A DNA stretch of 64,000 nucleotides from NCBI GenBank assembly GCA_964612665.1, contig CAZTCI010000002.1, forward strand, positions 432,334-496,333. Direction: 5' to 3'. The translations under genes were made by a program, and so were the position numbers. The notes under the pieces were generated by a model. That model searched no databases and was not told the origin of the DNA. It saw only the letters and a list, made by a program, of their open reading frames with translations. Origin of the DNA: an uncultured Planctomycetales bacterium (GTDB lineage Bacteria > Omnitrophota > Gorgyraeia > Zapsychrales > JAHFFX01). The stretch's first letter is position 1. Each line of letters starts with the position of its first letter. Shown piece by piece: positions 1 through 10,170 of the stretch.

Positions 1-77
1 GTGCCTTGCATTTGAGCGCTGATCTCGATGCTGCGTTCTTCGGGTTCTTTATTTTCTCGTCGATCTTTGAAAGCCAT
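1..77 (-). CDS. Partial hypothetical protein (N-terminal 25 aa, gene runs off the window start)
   Basis: Minus-strand ATG at 77 preceded by an AAGGAGAG RBS (rc of 83-90); translation MAFKDRRENKEPEERSIEISAQMQG, no family recognised. Confidence 0.4.
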   Translation of the reverse strand, partial: MAFKDRRENKEPEERSIEISAQMQG

Positions 78-190
78 TTTGCTCTCCTTCTTTCGAAGTT
101 AAAATCTATCTATAAAGACTAAGTTGTGTCCGTTAATTTACCGCAAGATGTTTGTATTATATATAAAAAGACTGCCGGCTCAAGATAAAT

Positions 191-1264
191 TCAAGCGTTT
201 GTTTCCTGAATTTGATGCTGGCTATAAATATTTTTAATTTCCGGAAGGATTTTGACAAATGTTTCAACCAAATACGGTTCAAAATGTTTTCCTGATTGAC
301 TTTTAACTTCCTCCACCGCTTTTTGAAACGGCCATGGCTGTTTATAAGGTCGTTGAGAAGTCAGCGCATCAAAGACATCACAAATTCCACAAATCCGGCC
401 CACCATCGGAATTTGGTTTTCCTTGATATGGTTTGGATATCCCGACCCGTCCCACTTTTCATGATGAGTCAACGCGATTGTTTCGGCCATTTTCATAAAT
501 GCGGAACGGCTGCCGCCTAATAATTTGGCGCCGATCGTGGTGTGGGTTTTCATAATTTCGAATTCTTCGGTAGTTAATTTTCCTGGCTTAAGCAAAATAC
601 TGTCAGGAATTCCTAGTTTCCCAATGTCATGTAAAGGGCTTGTTGTTAACAGTAAATCGACTTGACCATTGTTCATTCCCGTGGCGCGGCCCAGGCATGT
701 CGCATACTGACTCATTCGGACAATATGCTCACCGGTTTCTTGATCGCGGAATTCGGCAGCTCTGGCTAAACGGTGAATAACATCTAATCTCGTATCGTGT
801 AATTCTAGTGTGCGTTCGTTTACTTTTTCTTCCAATATTCTGTTTTGATCCCATAATGCCTTGTCCAGCATTCGAACTTCCAGCAAATTCCGAATACGCA
901 GCAAAACTTCAAAACGATCATACGGTTTGTGAATGAAATCTCGCGCACCGGCTTCGAGAGACCGAAGTTTGACCTGCGCATTTTCCTCCTCTGTAACAAT
1001 TAAAATTGGAAGATAACTACTTGGTTTCAATTTTTTTAATTCATCAATAACTTGGAAGCCGTTTAAAAACGGCATATTGATATCGAGAAGAATTAAATCG
1101 GGTTTAAATTTTTGGTAGGCTTGACAGGCATCCCTTGGATCCATAAGACTGCGATAATTAAGGTATCCTGCTTTTTTAAGCATGTCCTCAAGCATCCGGA
1201 CACTGATAATGTCGTCGTCAATGATTAGGATTGGGGCATTTAAAATTTGATTTTCTAAAATCAT
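191..1264 (-). CDS. Response regulator with CheY-like receiver and HD-GYP c-di-GMP phosphodiesterase domain (RpfG-like)
   Basis: N-terminal receiver (IIDDD...LLDINMP), C-terminal HD domain with HDIGK and HHEKWDGSGYP signature. Confidence 0.85.
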   Translation of the reverse strand: MILENQILNAPILIIDDDIISVRMLEDMLKKAGYLNYRSLMDPRDACQAYQKFKPDLILLDINMPFLNGFQVIDELKKLKPSSYLPILIVTEEENAQVKLRSLEAGARDFIHKPYDRFEVLLRIRNLLEVRMLDKALWDQNRILEEKVNERTLELHDTRLDVIHRLARAAEFRDQETGEHIVRMSQYATCLGRATGMNNGQVDLLLTTSPLHDIGKLGIPDSILLKPGKLTTEEFEIMKTHTTIGAKLLGGSRSAFMKMAETIALTHHEKWDGSGYPNHIKENQIPMVGRICGICDVFDALTSQRPYKQPWPFQKAVEEVKSQSGKHFEPYLVETFVKILPEIKNIYSQHQIQETNA

Positions 1265-1319
1265 ACATGCTTATTTTAGAATAAATAAATTTTATGCCCA
1301 ACAAAATGTAAATTATTTT

Positions 1320-2081
1320 TCAGATAGTTAAATTTTTAAAATTAGATAACTTTTGTAACGATGAATAATCGGTGAGATCGCAATGAATTGGTGTTGCGGT
1401 GACATATCCATGATGCAAAGCATACGTATCAACATCTAAATTTTTTTTCGGCGGCGGCATACGGCCGGTCATCCAATAATAATTGCGCAGATTAGGGTCA
1501 GTGCGTTTACGGAAAGATCCGTGGATAGGAATTAATCCTTGACGGGTGACTTTTATCCCTTTAATTTGTTTGGAAGGAATGGCGGGAACGTTTACATTAA
1601 GGAACGTTCCCGGTGGCAAATTGGCTTTAGACAAAAATTTGGCTAATTTAAAACCAATTTGTGCGGCGGGGTTAAAGTTTGGGTTAACAAAAGTCGCCAG
1701 AGAAATGGCCATGGAGGGAATTCCTAGCAAAGCCGCTTCCCTTGCGCCGGCGACGGTTCCGGAATAAAATACACTGCAGCCATCGTTGGCGCCGCAATTA
1801 ATTCCAGAGACAACTAAATCCGGTTTGCGTTTCAAAATAACACTGACGGCAAACTTCACGCAATCTGCCGGCGTACCGCTGATGCCATACCCTTTAAATT
1901 CTGCATGCCGATTAATTTTTGAAAAGCAAATCGGATGAGAAAGCGTGATTCCATGCCCAACGGAGCTTCTTTCAGTATCAGGTGCCACGACCGTGACCTT
2001 GCCCAATTTTTTTAACGTTTCATATAAGGCTCGAATGCCGTCCGCATAAATGCCGTCATCGTTGGTCAATAAAATTTCCAT
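1320..2081 (-). CDS. surE: 5'/3'-nucleotidase SurE
   Basis: MEILLTNDDGIYADGIRAL N-terminus and overall SurE-like sequence, 253 aa. Confidence 0.9.
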   Translation of the reverse strand: MEILLTNDDGIYADGIRALYETLKKLGKVTVVAPDTERSSVGHGITLSHPICFSKINRHAEFKGYGISGTPADCVKFAVSVILKRKPDLVVSGINCGANDGCSVFYSGTVAGAREAALLGIPSMAISLATFVNPNFNPAAQIGFKLAKFLSKANLPPGTFLNVNVPAIPSKQIKGIKVTRQGLIPIHGSFRKRTDPNLRNYYWMTGRMPPPKKNLDVDTYALHHGYVTATPIHCDLTDYSSLQKLSNFKNLTI

Positions 2082-2175
2082 AGAATGTCTTTGTTTTTTA
2101 TATTTAAAATTTCAATGAGCATTAACCTATCATAATCTGTCAATTTATTCAAACGCCCGGCGAATTATTTGGAAA

Positions 2176-2952
2176 CTAAAAATAATGTTCAAACTCCAGA
2201 ATCCACTTAAGTGTTCCATTAGGAGCGGCATCCGACACGCCGAATAGATAGCCGACGTCATATTTAATGTTATTTCCCAATTTTCCATAAAAAGCCGGGC
2301 CGACGCGATGCGTTTGTTCATTAAAATCCTTCCCTTCATTTAATCCGCCAAAATCAGCATGATACTCGAAGCCTGGCTCAAAATATTGATTCAACCGATA
2401 CCGGCTTGACCAGGCAAACCCGCCGTCGGTTTCATTAGTATGGCCACCACCGACTTCATGATCAAAATTAAAGTTAGCGATATTCTCAAAACGGCCAATC
2501 GTTTTATCCAGCAAAATTTTCCATCCCAGATTATCAGCGTGTTTATCTTCCGTTGAAATTTCATACTCAACTAAAAAACCAATATCGACGGGATATTGTC
2601 CAGGTTCAGTGAGTTGAAATTTATTTTCCCACTCGAGTAAAGTAAACCGGAAGTTAAGGTCTTCATTATCCGCGTTACGTTTTTTTTCAACTTCACCGTA
2701 AAGCTCACTAAACCAACGGTCCGTAAATCCGTAGCCCAAGGCGTATTTTTGTTTTTGGAGATTATCTTTCTCGGCATCACGATCAAAATCAATATTACCC
2801 TTGGCCTCAATCTCTAATTCCCCTTTTGTAACGTAAGGATTATAAACTTTTAAAATGGCATCGGCATTTTTAATGTTGATTGCGCTTAGTTCGATAATAA
2901 AAAAACTAGCCAATATAAATCCTTTAACAAAAAAATTTCTCAATGAAGACAT
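2176..2952 (-). CDS. Outer-membrane beta-barrel protein of unknown function (signal peptide, C-terminal Phe)
   Basis: Signal peptide, Y/G/N/F-rich amphipathic strands, terminal ...EHYF typical of OMP C-terminus. Confidence 0.55.
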   Translation of the reverse strand: MSSLRNFFVKGFILASFFIIELSAINIKNADAILKVYNPYVTKGELEIEAKGNIDFDRDAEKDNLQKQKYALGYGFTDRWFSELYGEVEKKRNADNEDLNFRFTLLEWENKFQLTEPGQYPVDIGFLVEYEISTEDKHADNLGWKILLDKTIGRFENIANFNFDHEVGGGHTNETDGGFAWSSRYRLNQYFEPGFEYHADFGGLNEGKDFNEQTHRVGPAFYGKLGNNIKYDVGYLFGVSDAAPNGTLKWILEFEHYF

Positions 2953-2982
2953 ATTTTACCTTTCTAATATGTTAATGAGTGT

Positions 2983-3333
2983 TTATTTAACGACAATAAT
3001 ACCTTTAGCCGTTTTTTTGTGAAAGTCGCCAAAATAAGAATACCATCCAGATTTTAAAGGTCCGAGAAAAACGGTTATCTTTCCTTCGCCGGGAACAACT
3101 TTTTCGCGGTTTAAATCAAAACTCTCGAATTCTTCCGGTGTGGCATCATTATTTTGTATGCTAAGTTTAATTTTCTTATTGGCAGGAATAGTTAATTCTT
3201 CGGGGAGGAAGTGATGGTTCTTTATTGCTAATGTGAAAATTTGGTCTTCTGCAAAACTCGTTCGGATACTGCTTAAACATAAAGCGAATTCTACAATCCA
3301 TAGAATAAACATCATTCGAAAAAATCTATTCAT
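2983..3333 (-). CDS. Secreted cupredoxin-like small protein (copper-ligand Cys absent)
   Basis: Signal peptide; C-terminal GWYSYFGDFHKKTAKGIIVV resembles the cupredoxin G.Y.Y.C..H..M.G motif but has no Cys. Confidence 0.4.
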   Translation of the reverse strand: MNRFFRMMFILWIVEFALCLSSIRTSFAEDQIFTLAIKNHHFLPEELTIPANKKIKLSIQNNDATPEEFESFDLNREKVVPGEGKITVFLGPLKSGWYSYFGDFHKKTAKGIIVVK

Positions 3334-3416
3334 TTGTCTCCTTTACTATTAATTATGAAAATCATTTTCATATCTGAGGCAGAAAATTTGAACTCTATTG
3401 AGCGGTACTCCCTTCT

Positions 3417-3770
3417 TCACGAACTTTTAGGATTTGATCGGCATTTTTGGCAGACGCCAAAAACTTTAAAGTTATGTTTGGTAGGAATAAAACTATTTTG
3501 TTTTGCTAGTTTATCTTGCAGATCTTCGAGCGTCAAATTGTCGAGATAATTATGCTGACCGCAAACGACGCACACCAAATGATTATGATGTTCACAACCA
3601 TTTTTACATTTAAATTGGCGGACGCGAAAACCAAAATCTATTTCAGCACCCGTGCCATCATCTTTAATGACCTTAATTGTTTTATAAACGTTATGGCGTC
3701 CCAAATTATTAGAATTAAGCAGTTGGTTGACTGTCATAGATTTTGTGTCTATAGGATTCGTTTTTTTCAT
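3417..3770 (-). CDS. Fur-family paralog, N-terminally truncated (metal-binding/dimerisation domain, partial DNA-binding domain)
   Basis: HHNHLVCVVCG...FGVCQKC Fur C-terminal Cys/His motifs; only about 40 aa precede it versus about 90 in the adjacent Fur. Confidence 0.6.
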   Translation of the reverse strand: MKKTNPIDTKSMTVNQLLNSNNLGRHNVYKTIKVIKDDGTGAEIDFGFRVRQFKCKNGCEHHNHLVCVVCGQHNYLDNLTLEDLQDKLAKQNSFIPTKHNFKVFGVCQKCRSNPKSS

Positions 3771-3796
3771 TCAAGCTCCTACTCAGACTTAACAAA

Positions 3797-4249
3797 TTAA
3801 CTACATTTTTTGCATAACCCAAAAATCTCTAAACGGTGATTTTGCGGTAGAAAATTTTGTTCCTTCGCTAAACGGGAACTTAAATGTTGGATTTTATCGT
3901 CGAAAACTTCAAAATTGGTGTTGCATTTTGTACAGATGAAGTGAGCATGATACTCGCGGCCCACTTTACGTTCGTAACGTTTAACACCATCTTGAAAGTC
4001 AACAACATCAGCAATCCCACTATCCACAATTAATTTTAAAGTACGATATACCGTCGTATAACTTATGTCCGGATATTTTTCTTTAACTAGCCGGAAAAGA
4101 TCTTCAGCGCTGATATGCTGGTCGGTTTTCAAAAAAATTTTTAAGACTAAATCTCTTTTTTGAGAATGCTTCAAACGCTTATGCGCAACATGTTTTCCAA
4201 AAATCTCTTGCTCTTGAGTCATGGAATGCATTAATAAGCCTTCTTTCAA
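3797..4249 (-). CDS. Fur-family transcriptional regulator (Fur/Zur/PerR type)
   Basis: wHTH ISYTTVYRTLKLI, HAHFICTKC...GLCKKC metal sites, 150 aa. Confidence 0.8.
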   Translation of the reverse strand: MKEGLLMHSMTQEQEIFGKHVAHKRLKHSQKRDLVLKIFLKTDQHISAEDLFRLVKEKYPDISYTTVYRTLKLIVDSGIADVVDFQDGVKRYERKVGREYHAHFICTKCNTNFEVFDDKIQHLSSRLAKEQNFLPQNHRLEIFGLCKKCS

Positions 4250-4325
4250 CTTATTTGCAGAGGCATCCTAACATTGCCTAAAAAATGTGTCAACATCATT
4301 TTATAAAATCATTTACTTAATTATG

Positions 4326-6131
4326 TTAAATGTAATATTCCGGGTCCAAAACAACTTCACGCACCAACAAATCGACAATCTTTTTGACCGCTGACTGGCT
4401 CTCTTCATTTTCCGCCAAGACTAAATCAACTCTTTCTTGCGAAAAAAGATTTTCTCCGACGTTAATGACGAAAGTTTTGTTAGGCCTGTTCAATGACTTC
4501 AACATAGACAGTTCGTAGTCTTCGATATCGGTGATACTGGTAATCAGAATTAGTCCGGAATCAGTCATAATGTGCGCAAGTTCACCGAGCTGCTGCAGAT
4601 GTTCAAATTTACTTAAAATTTTGTCTTTGGAATCGTTCGTGGCTAAGGATAGCCGATTTGAAATACCAAGAAAATAAACAAACTTCCCTAAATTAAATAA
4701 GACTTCTTCCAACGCCTTAGCGATTCTCTGTTTACCAGTATCAATTTGTCCAGTGATAATAATAAAAGCTGCTTTGTGCTGGTATTTAAACGAACGGATT
4801 TCAGGAGTAATATGGCTGCGTTCCCATTCATAGTCACGCTTTTTGATATGCTGATTTAAAGTTGTTTGCTCATCAAAAACGCCGGCGAGAATAATGCCGC
4901 CGCCGGCAATCTCATAATTATCCACGATCACGAAGCGGCCGGTTTCGGTAATTTCGGTTGTAAGGTCAAAGGCAATTGGTTTCATCGTTTCAAGAACACA
5001 TTCAGCAACTTCATGGCGGTCAACGTGCAGCTTGGCCGATGAGGAAAGTTCTGAGGCATTCATGACACTGATAATTTCAGCCAAGACAACCGGGACCTGT
5101 TGCGTGCCAAGTTTTAATTTATAAGTTTTTCCTTTAATAAAAGATTGTTTGCCCATCCAAAAAATATTCACCTTGAACTTTGAACTAACTAACGGCTGGC
5201 GGTCGCCGAGCCTGCACATAATCTCACCCGGGCGAATATAAATTTGTGTTTCAAGGCATACGCCGGTGCTTTGGCCAGCGAATATTTCAGTTTTAACGGG
5301 CGTATTAAAACTTTCAATAGATTTGATTTTAGATTTTTTTCCAGAAGGCAAAAAAACAACTTCTTCGCCAACTTGTCCCACGCCAGTTTCTACCCGGCCA
5401 GCAAAAATCCGGCGATCGTCTTCATCTTCGGTAAATTTATAAATATCCTGGACCGGCATGCGAAATGGCTGTTCCACTTTTGTGGAAGCCTTTTTAAAAT
5501 TATCGAGCGCTTGCAAAACAGAAACATCTTTGTCCCAGGGCATTTTAGAAGAAAGCGAAACAATATTATCACCTTCCCGTGCGGCGATTGGAATCACACT
5601 TGCAGGAACAAGATTAACTTCCTTAAGGAACTGGAGGTATTCTTTTTTGATCTGTTCAAAGGTTTCTTGACGGTAATCAACCAAGTCCATTTTATTTATA
5701 CAGACGGTTACGTTCCTGATTCCCAGAAACGAAAGCATATAACCGTGCCGCTTGGAATTCTCACGAATGCCTTCAAACGCATCGATCACTAAAAGCGCGG
5801 CTTCAGCGCGTGCGGCGCCGGTAATCATATTCTTTAAAAATTCAATGTGCCCCGGCGCATCAATAATAATGTAATCGCGTTTGGCTGACTTAAAAAAGGA
5901 GCGCGCGGTGTCGATTGTGATCCCTTGGGTTTGCTCATCCTTCAAGGCATCAAGCAAAAAGGCATATTCAAAAGGCTTGGCTGTGCGGCGGCAGCGTTCC
6001 TGAACTTCCTCAAGTTTACCTTTGGGTAGCGACCCTGTGTCTGCGAGCAGACGGCCGATCAACGTGCTTTTCCCATGATCCACATGCCCGACGATAACAA
6101 CATTCATTTGTTCACGCTGGTTGATACTCAT
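4326..6131 (-). CDS. cysN: Sulfate adenylyltransferase large subunit CysN fused to a degenerate APS-kinase-like (CysC-like) domain
   Basis: GTPase motifs [18 protein letters not shown]; C-terminal domain aligns to CysC but its P-loop is GQIDTGKQ (GK-S/T replaced by GK-Q) and the DGDN motif is LGIS. Confidence 0.85.
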   Translation of the reverse strand: MSINQREQMNVVIVGHVDHGKSTLIGRLLADTGSLPKGKLEEVQERCRRTAKPFEYAFLLDALKDEQTQGITIDTARSFFKSAKRDYIIIDAPGHIEFLKNMITGAARAEAALLVIDAFEGIRENSKRHGYMLSFLGIRNVTVCINKMDLVDYRQETFEQIKKEYLQFLKEVNLVPASVIPIAAREGDNIVSLSSKMPWDKDVSVLQALDNFKKASTKVEQPFRMPVQDIYKFTEDEDDRRIFAGRVETGVGQVGEEVVFLPSGKKSKIKSIESFNTPVKTEIFAGQSTGVCLETQIYIRPGEIMCRLGDRQPLVSSKFKVNIFWMGKQSFIKGKTYKLKLGTQQVPVVLAEIISVMNASELSSSAKLHVDRHEVAECVLETMKPIAFDLTTEITETGRFVIVDNYEIAGGGIILAGVFDEQTTLNQHIKKRDYEWERSHITPEIRSFKYQHKAAFIIITGQIDTGKQRIAKALEEVLFNLGKFVYFLGISNRLSLATNDSKDKILSKFEHLQQLGELAHIMTDSGLILITSITDIEDYELSMLKSLNRPNKTFVINVGENLFSQERVDLVLAENEESQSAVKKIVDLLVREVVLDPEYYI

Positions 6132-7024
6132 TACATGTACCCTTCCCGCCGAAGCGTTTCTAATCCTCCGCCGTCTTCTTTGTCTTGCGCACGGCCGGAA
6201 CGCTCGGCGATGTTAGCGAATTTCCCTGAACGTAATTCTTCAATAATATCCGAAACATTTTTCGCGGTTGATTCAACCGGAGTCGTGCAAGGATAGCACC
6301 CTAACGATCGGTAACGTTTTCCATTCCCTTGATCAAAATAAAGTGAAGTAATAGGAATTTTTTCACGCTCGATATATTCCCAAATATTTAATTCGGTCCA
6401 ATCTAAAAGCGGATGGATCCTGACATGAGTTCCCGGCGCGAAATCGGTTTTGAATTGATTCCAAAGTTCAGGCGGCTGGTCACCGACATCCCAGTCACTG
6501 TTTCGGTCACGCGGCGAAAAATAACGTTCTTTAGAACGGCTCCCTTCTTCATCCGCTCGGGCACCGACAATAACACCGGTGTAAGGTTCTTTGTTGGGAT
6601 CTAATTCATATTTTCCACTACTATGATTTAACCGGTAACGCGGCCATTCGCCAGATAACGTATGTTTTAAGGCATCCGTCTTTAAAGCCTTGCAGCAACC
6701 AATGCGATCCAGTGCTCCATCGGGAAAAGTTCTTTTGGCTTCGAGCGCGGCTTTATTTTGACCGACAATCATGTTCAATTTCCATTTGATGGCCAGCTCG
6801 TCACGATATTTGATCATTTCCGGAATTTTATAGCTGGTATCAATATGCACCAGCGGAAAAGGAACGTGACCCAAGAAAGCCTTGCGGGTCAGCCACAAAA
6901 GGACCGTGCTGTCTTTGCCAATTGACCAAAGCATGACGAGACTTTTAAATTCCCGGAACGCCTCGCGCAAAATAAAAACGCTCTGCGCTTCTAAACTTTC
7001 TAATTTATCCATTTGACGGTTCAT
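6131..7024 (-). CDS. cysD: Sulfate adenylyltransferase small subunit CysD
   Basis: PAPS-reductase/ATP-PPase fold, [14 protein letters not shown], 297 aa, overlaps the cysN start. Confidence 0.9.
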   Translation of the reverse strand: MNRQMDKLESLEAQSVFILREAFREFKSLVMLWSIGKDSTVLLWLTRKAFLGHVPFPLVHIDTSYKIPEMIKYRDELAIKWKLNMIVGQNKAALEAKRTFPDGALDRIGCCKALKTDALKHTLSGEWPRYRLNHSSGKYELDPNKEPYTGVIVGARADEEGSRSKERYFSPRDRNSDWDVGDQPPELWNQFKTDFAPGTHVRIHPLLDWTELNIWEYIEREKIPITSLYFDQGNGKRYRSLGCYPCTTPVESTAKNVSDIIEELRSGKFANIAERSGRAQDKEDGGGLETLRREGYM

Positions 7025-7033
7025 CTTTAACCT

Positions 7034-7762
7034 TTATTTTTTCGTCGGGCGGTTGGGATTATTGTGCAAACCGCATTCTTTTTGCTGAGCTTCTTCCCAC
7101 CACCAGCGGCCCGCGCGAATATCTTCGCCGGGCTTAATCGCCCGCGTGCAAGGCGCGCAACCGATACTGGCAAATCCCTGAGCGTGAAGCGGGTTGACAT
7201 CGACTTTATTTTTTTTAATATATCGTCGAACCTGATCGAGCGTCCAATCCACTAGCGGATTAATTTTTATTTTTTTATTTTCACCGTCCCACTCAAATGT
7301 TTGCAAATCAGAACGCGTGACCGATTGTTCCCGTCGTAAACCGGTTATCCAGGCATCAACTTGAGATAAGGCGCGCTTTAAAGGTTCAACTTTCCGAACA
7401 CCGCAGCAAAGCTTGCGGTTCTCAACGCTTTCATAAAATAAATTGATGCCTTTTTCTCTGACCATACTTTCAACGGCTTTGGTGTCAGGATAATAAATTT
7501 TATAATTTAAGGTGTAACGTTTTTGAGTTTTGGCTAGAAGTTCGTAGGTTTCAGGAAATAACCTTCCAGTGTCTAAAGTAAAGATTTCGATGGGGGGAGC
7601 GTTTTGGGCAATCATATCGGTTAGAATCTGATCTTCCTCGCCGAGACTTGAGGCAAAATTGACTCGTGAACCAAATTCTTTGACGGCAAACTGCAAAATT
7701 TGCGGTGCTGAGAAGCCTTTGGTTTTTTCTCTTAAATCTTGAATTCGTTGTTGGAAATCCAT
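7034..7762 (-). CDS. cysH: Adenylyl-sulfate (APS) reductase, thioredoxin-dependent, Fe-S type (CysH family)
   Basis: CC...C.PC..KECGLH cysteine cluster characteristic of APS reductases; PAPS-reductase fold. Confidence 0.85.
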   Translation of the reverse strand: MDFQQRIQDLREKTKGFSAPQILQFAVKEFGSRVNFASSLGEEDQILTDMIAQNAPPIEIFTLDTGRLFPETYELLAKTQKRYTLNYKIYYPDTKAVESMVREKGINLFYESVENRKLCCGVRKVEPLKRALSQVDAWITGLRREQSVTRSDLQTFEWDGENKKIKINPLVDWTLDQVRRYIKKNKVDVNPLHAQGFASIGCAPCTRAIKPGEDIRAGRWWWEEAQQKECGLHNNPNRPTKK

Positions 7763-7828
7763 CGAGAAAATCCTTTAAATTTGTAGATAATAACTATGCT
7801 ATAGAATTTTCTTTTGTCAATAAAATCT

Positions 7829-8932
7829 TTAAACGTTAGCGAGCGATAATTGCCTTTCCTTTACGTCGGATTTTGTAACGGCCAAACGTTTGATGTGGTC
7901 AACTATTTTGGCGCTTCCAGAGGGCATCGCATAACGATCGAAATCTTTTATTTTGACCCAACAGTGGGTGTCATCAATTTTTGGCCATACTTTGAGCTCA
8001 CAATTAAACACATGTAACTTGACCCGGAATTCAGTATAAAAATGCTGCAAATCAAGCCAATGGGCGGCTTTCGTTACCTGAACGTTGAGCTCTTCTTTGA
8101 TTTCGCGTTTTAAAGCATCGCTTAAACTCTCATTGGCCTCAACTTTTCCGCCGGGAAATTCCCACAAATCCGCAAGCAATCCTTTGGCTGGACGTTTTTG
8201 AATAAAATACGCGCCATCTTTTTTAATAAGGGCAATGACCGCATGAATTTCTTTTAAAACTTTTTTCTTAGGCGTCGGGATAATTTCTTGAATTCCTTTT
8301 AGATACGCGGCGCAGTTGTTTTTGATTGGGCAAAGAATACAAAGCGGTTCTTTATTCCGGCAGACCAATGCGCCTAATTCCATTAAGGCTTGATTAAAAA
8401 AACTCATTTCTTTCTGTGGCATGACTGTTTCCAAGAACTTTAAAATTGTTTCATCCTGCGATGGATCAGCCAGACCTTTAATCGCCAGATATCGCATGAC
8501 AACCCGACGGACATTGGCATCGATTATCGGATGCCTTTTATCAAAAGCTATACTTAAAACCGCACCAACTGTATAAGGACCAAAGCCAGGTAATTTACGC
8601 AGTGCCTGAGGCTCGTCAGGCAGTTTGCCTTTAAATTCTTGGCAAACAATTTGAGCAGCACGATGAATATTTTTCGCCCGCGAGTAATATCCTAACCCTT
8701 GCCATTGTTTTAAAATTTCTTCAGTTGAAGCTTGAGAGACCGCTTCAACCGTCGGCCACATTTTTGTCCAGCGTTCATAATAAGGAATGACCGTCGCCAC
8801 CGTTGTTTGCTGGAGCATGATTTCGGATATCCAGATTTTATACGGATCTTTGGTTTTACGCCAAGGCAGATCGCGGGCGTTGGTTTTATACCATTTCAAT
8901 AAATTCTGAGAAAACATCAGGGATTGGGCCAT
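7829..8932 (-). CDS. mutY: A/G-specific adenine DNA glycosylase MutY with C-terminal NUDIX-like domain
   Basis: HhH-GPD glycosylase N-terminus (LPWRKTKDPYKIWISEIMLQQT), Fe-S Cys cluster, 367 aa. Confidence 0.85.
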   Translation of the reverse strand: MAQSLMFSQNLLKWYKTNARDLPWRKTKDPYKIWISEIMLQQTTVATVIPYYERWTKMWPTVEAVSQASTEEILKQWQGLGYYSRAKNIHRAAQIVCQEFKGKLPDEPQALRKLPGFGPYTVGAVLSIAFDKRHPIIDANVRRVVMRYLAIKGLADPSQDETILKFLETVMPQKEMSFFNQALMELGALVCRNKEPLCILCPIKNNCAAYLKGIQEIIPTPKKKVLKEIHAVIALIKKDGAYFIQKRPAKGLLADLWEFPGGKVEANESLSDALKREIKEELNVQVTKAAHWLDLQHFYTEFRVKLHVFNCELKVWPKIDDTHCWVKIKDFDRYAMPSGSAKIVDHIKRLAVTKSDVKERQLSLANV

Positions 8933-9292
8933 TTATTTATGTTTTAGCAAATCCATAAAAAGTTCAGGGATTTTGGAGTGTTGTCCCACTGGAATGGTTG
9001 TATGAAAAGTGACATTCGGATACCGCCGCTGTGCTTCCTTAATAATCCTAGGAATATCTTGATCAACGTGCTTACCAGCATTAAGAAAATTTAACAAGAC
9101 CGTTACATGTGTTGCGCCCTTTTGAAGGCAGTGGTTAATTCCGTCGGGAATGCTCGGCTTATCAATTTCGAGAAAGGCATATTCAACGATAGCAGGATCT
9201 AATTTTGTTTTTAGCTTCTGGCAAAGCGCAATAACTTCCTGTTTTGTTTTGGGAGAATGACTTCCGTGGGAAATGACAAGAATTGCGTCCAT
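8933..9292 (-). CDS. CbiX/SirB-like small chelatase (sirohydrochlorin ferro/cobalto-chelatase family)
   Basis: 119 aa, MDAILVISHGSHS N-terminus typical of the short CbiX family. Confidence 0.6.
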   Translation of the reverse strand: MDAILVISHGSHSPKTKQEVIALCQKLKTKLDPAIVEYAFLEIDKPSIPDGINHCLQKGATHVTVLLNFLNAGKHVDQDIPRIIKEAQRRYPNVTFHTTIPVGQHSKIPELFMDLLKHK

Positions 9293-10170
9293 TATTTCAA
9301 ACCTAAAACTTTTAAAGGAAATTCCGAATGACGCATGGTGATGGTTTTTCCAAAAGGAAAAGGGGAATTTAAATGCGCGCCGTCAATAAAGACCACTCCG
9401 TTACGCATTAAAGACACAACTTCGATTGGGTCTTTTAATATTAACGCGCTGCCTTTTAATTGATAACGAAAATGGTTTCCTTTATACAATTCTCTCGGGC
9501 GATATTGAATGGCTTGTGAATTAATAGGTAAAATTTTTCCACCCGCCGAATGGATGGCGCCAGATGACCCAGCCGCTGTTGCCACCCAAATTCCGGAGCT
9601 TCGCTGTTCTTCTCTTATCCTGTGAACGGACAGATAATAACGGCTCATCGCCGCCGGGTTAGCATGGCAAATTAGGATATCATTTAATACATTAATTTGG
9701 ATTACCCGTTTATCAAATTCCAAATCCACTTTAATCCGGTGTAAATTTTGTTCGACGATTTTGCCATTGAGAATTTTCTGCAACATCTTTTCAAAATTTA
9801 AACTGGTTGTAGAACAAAAGCGTCCGACGCTATTTTGCGGATCTGAATTGATTCCAAGAATGGACTGCCTTCGCAAACCGCGGGCAGCTTCCAAAAAAGT
9901 TCCGTCTCCGCCAACCGTTAGAACTAAATCATAAGGTTCATAATTTATCTGATGACCACGGCAACGCTTGGCGTAAGAAATATTATATTTCTTTAGAACA
10001 GCTTCAACTACATTTAAAGAACGGTAATGGGCATTATGAGATGCCAGGAATTGCTTGATTTGCGATGCGGGAAATTTTTTCTGTTTGTTATATAACGAAC
10101 TCTTCCGGTCGAGGAAATAAACAGTATAGGCGCTGCGTTTATAAACTAATAAACATCGTTTGGGCTTCAT
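9292..10170 (-). CDS. nadK: NAD kinase
   Basis: GGDGTFL motif and NAD-kinase-like overall sequence. Confidence 0.8.
   Translation of the reverse strand: MKPKRCLLVYKRSAYTVYFLDRKSSLYNKQKKFPASQIKQFLASHNAHYRSLNVVEAVLKKYNISYAKRCRGHQINYEPYDLVLTVGGDGTFLEAARGLRRQSILGINSDPQNSVGRFCSTTSLNFEKMLQKILNGKIVEQNLHRIKVDLEFDKRVIQINVLNDILICHANPAAMSRYYLSVHRIREEQRSSGIWVATAAGSSGAIHSAGGKILPINSQAIQYRPRELYKGNHFRYQLKGSALILKDPIEVVSLMRNGVVFIDGAHLNSPFPFGKTITMRHSEFPLKVLGLK

Noticed and set aside
2571-2810. 79-aa minus-strand ORF nested in the 2176-2952 gene in another frame
   Set aside because: Overlaps a longer, better-supported OMP gene; no RBS.
5244-5792. 182-aa plus-strand ORF inside cysNC
   Set aside because: Antisense to a well-supported gene, with no RBS and no domain; spurious.
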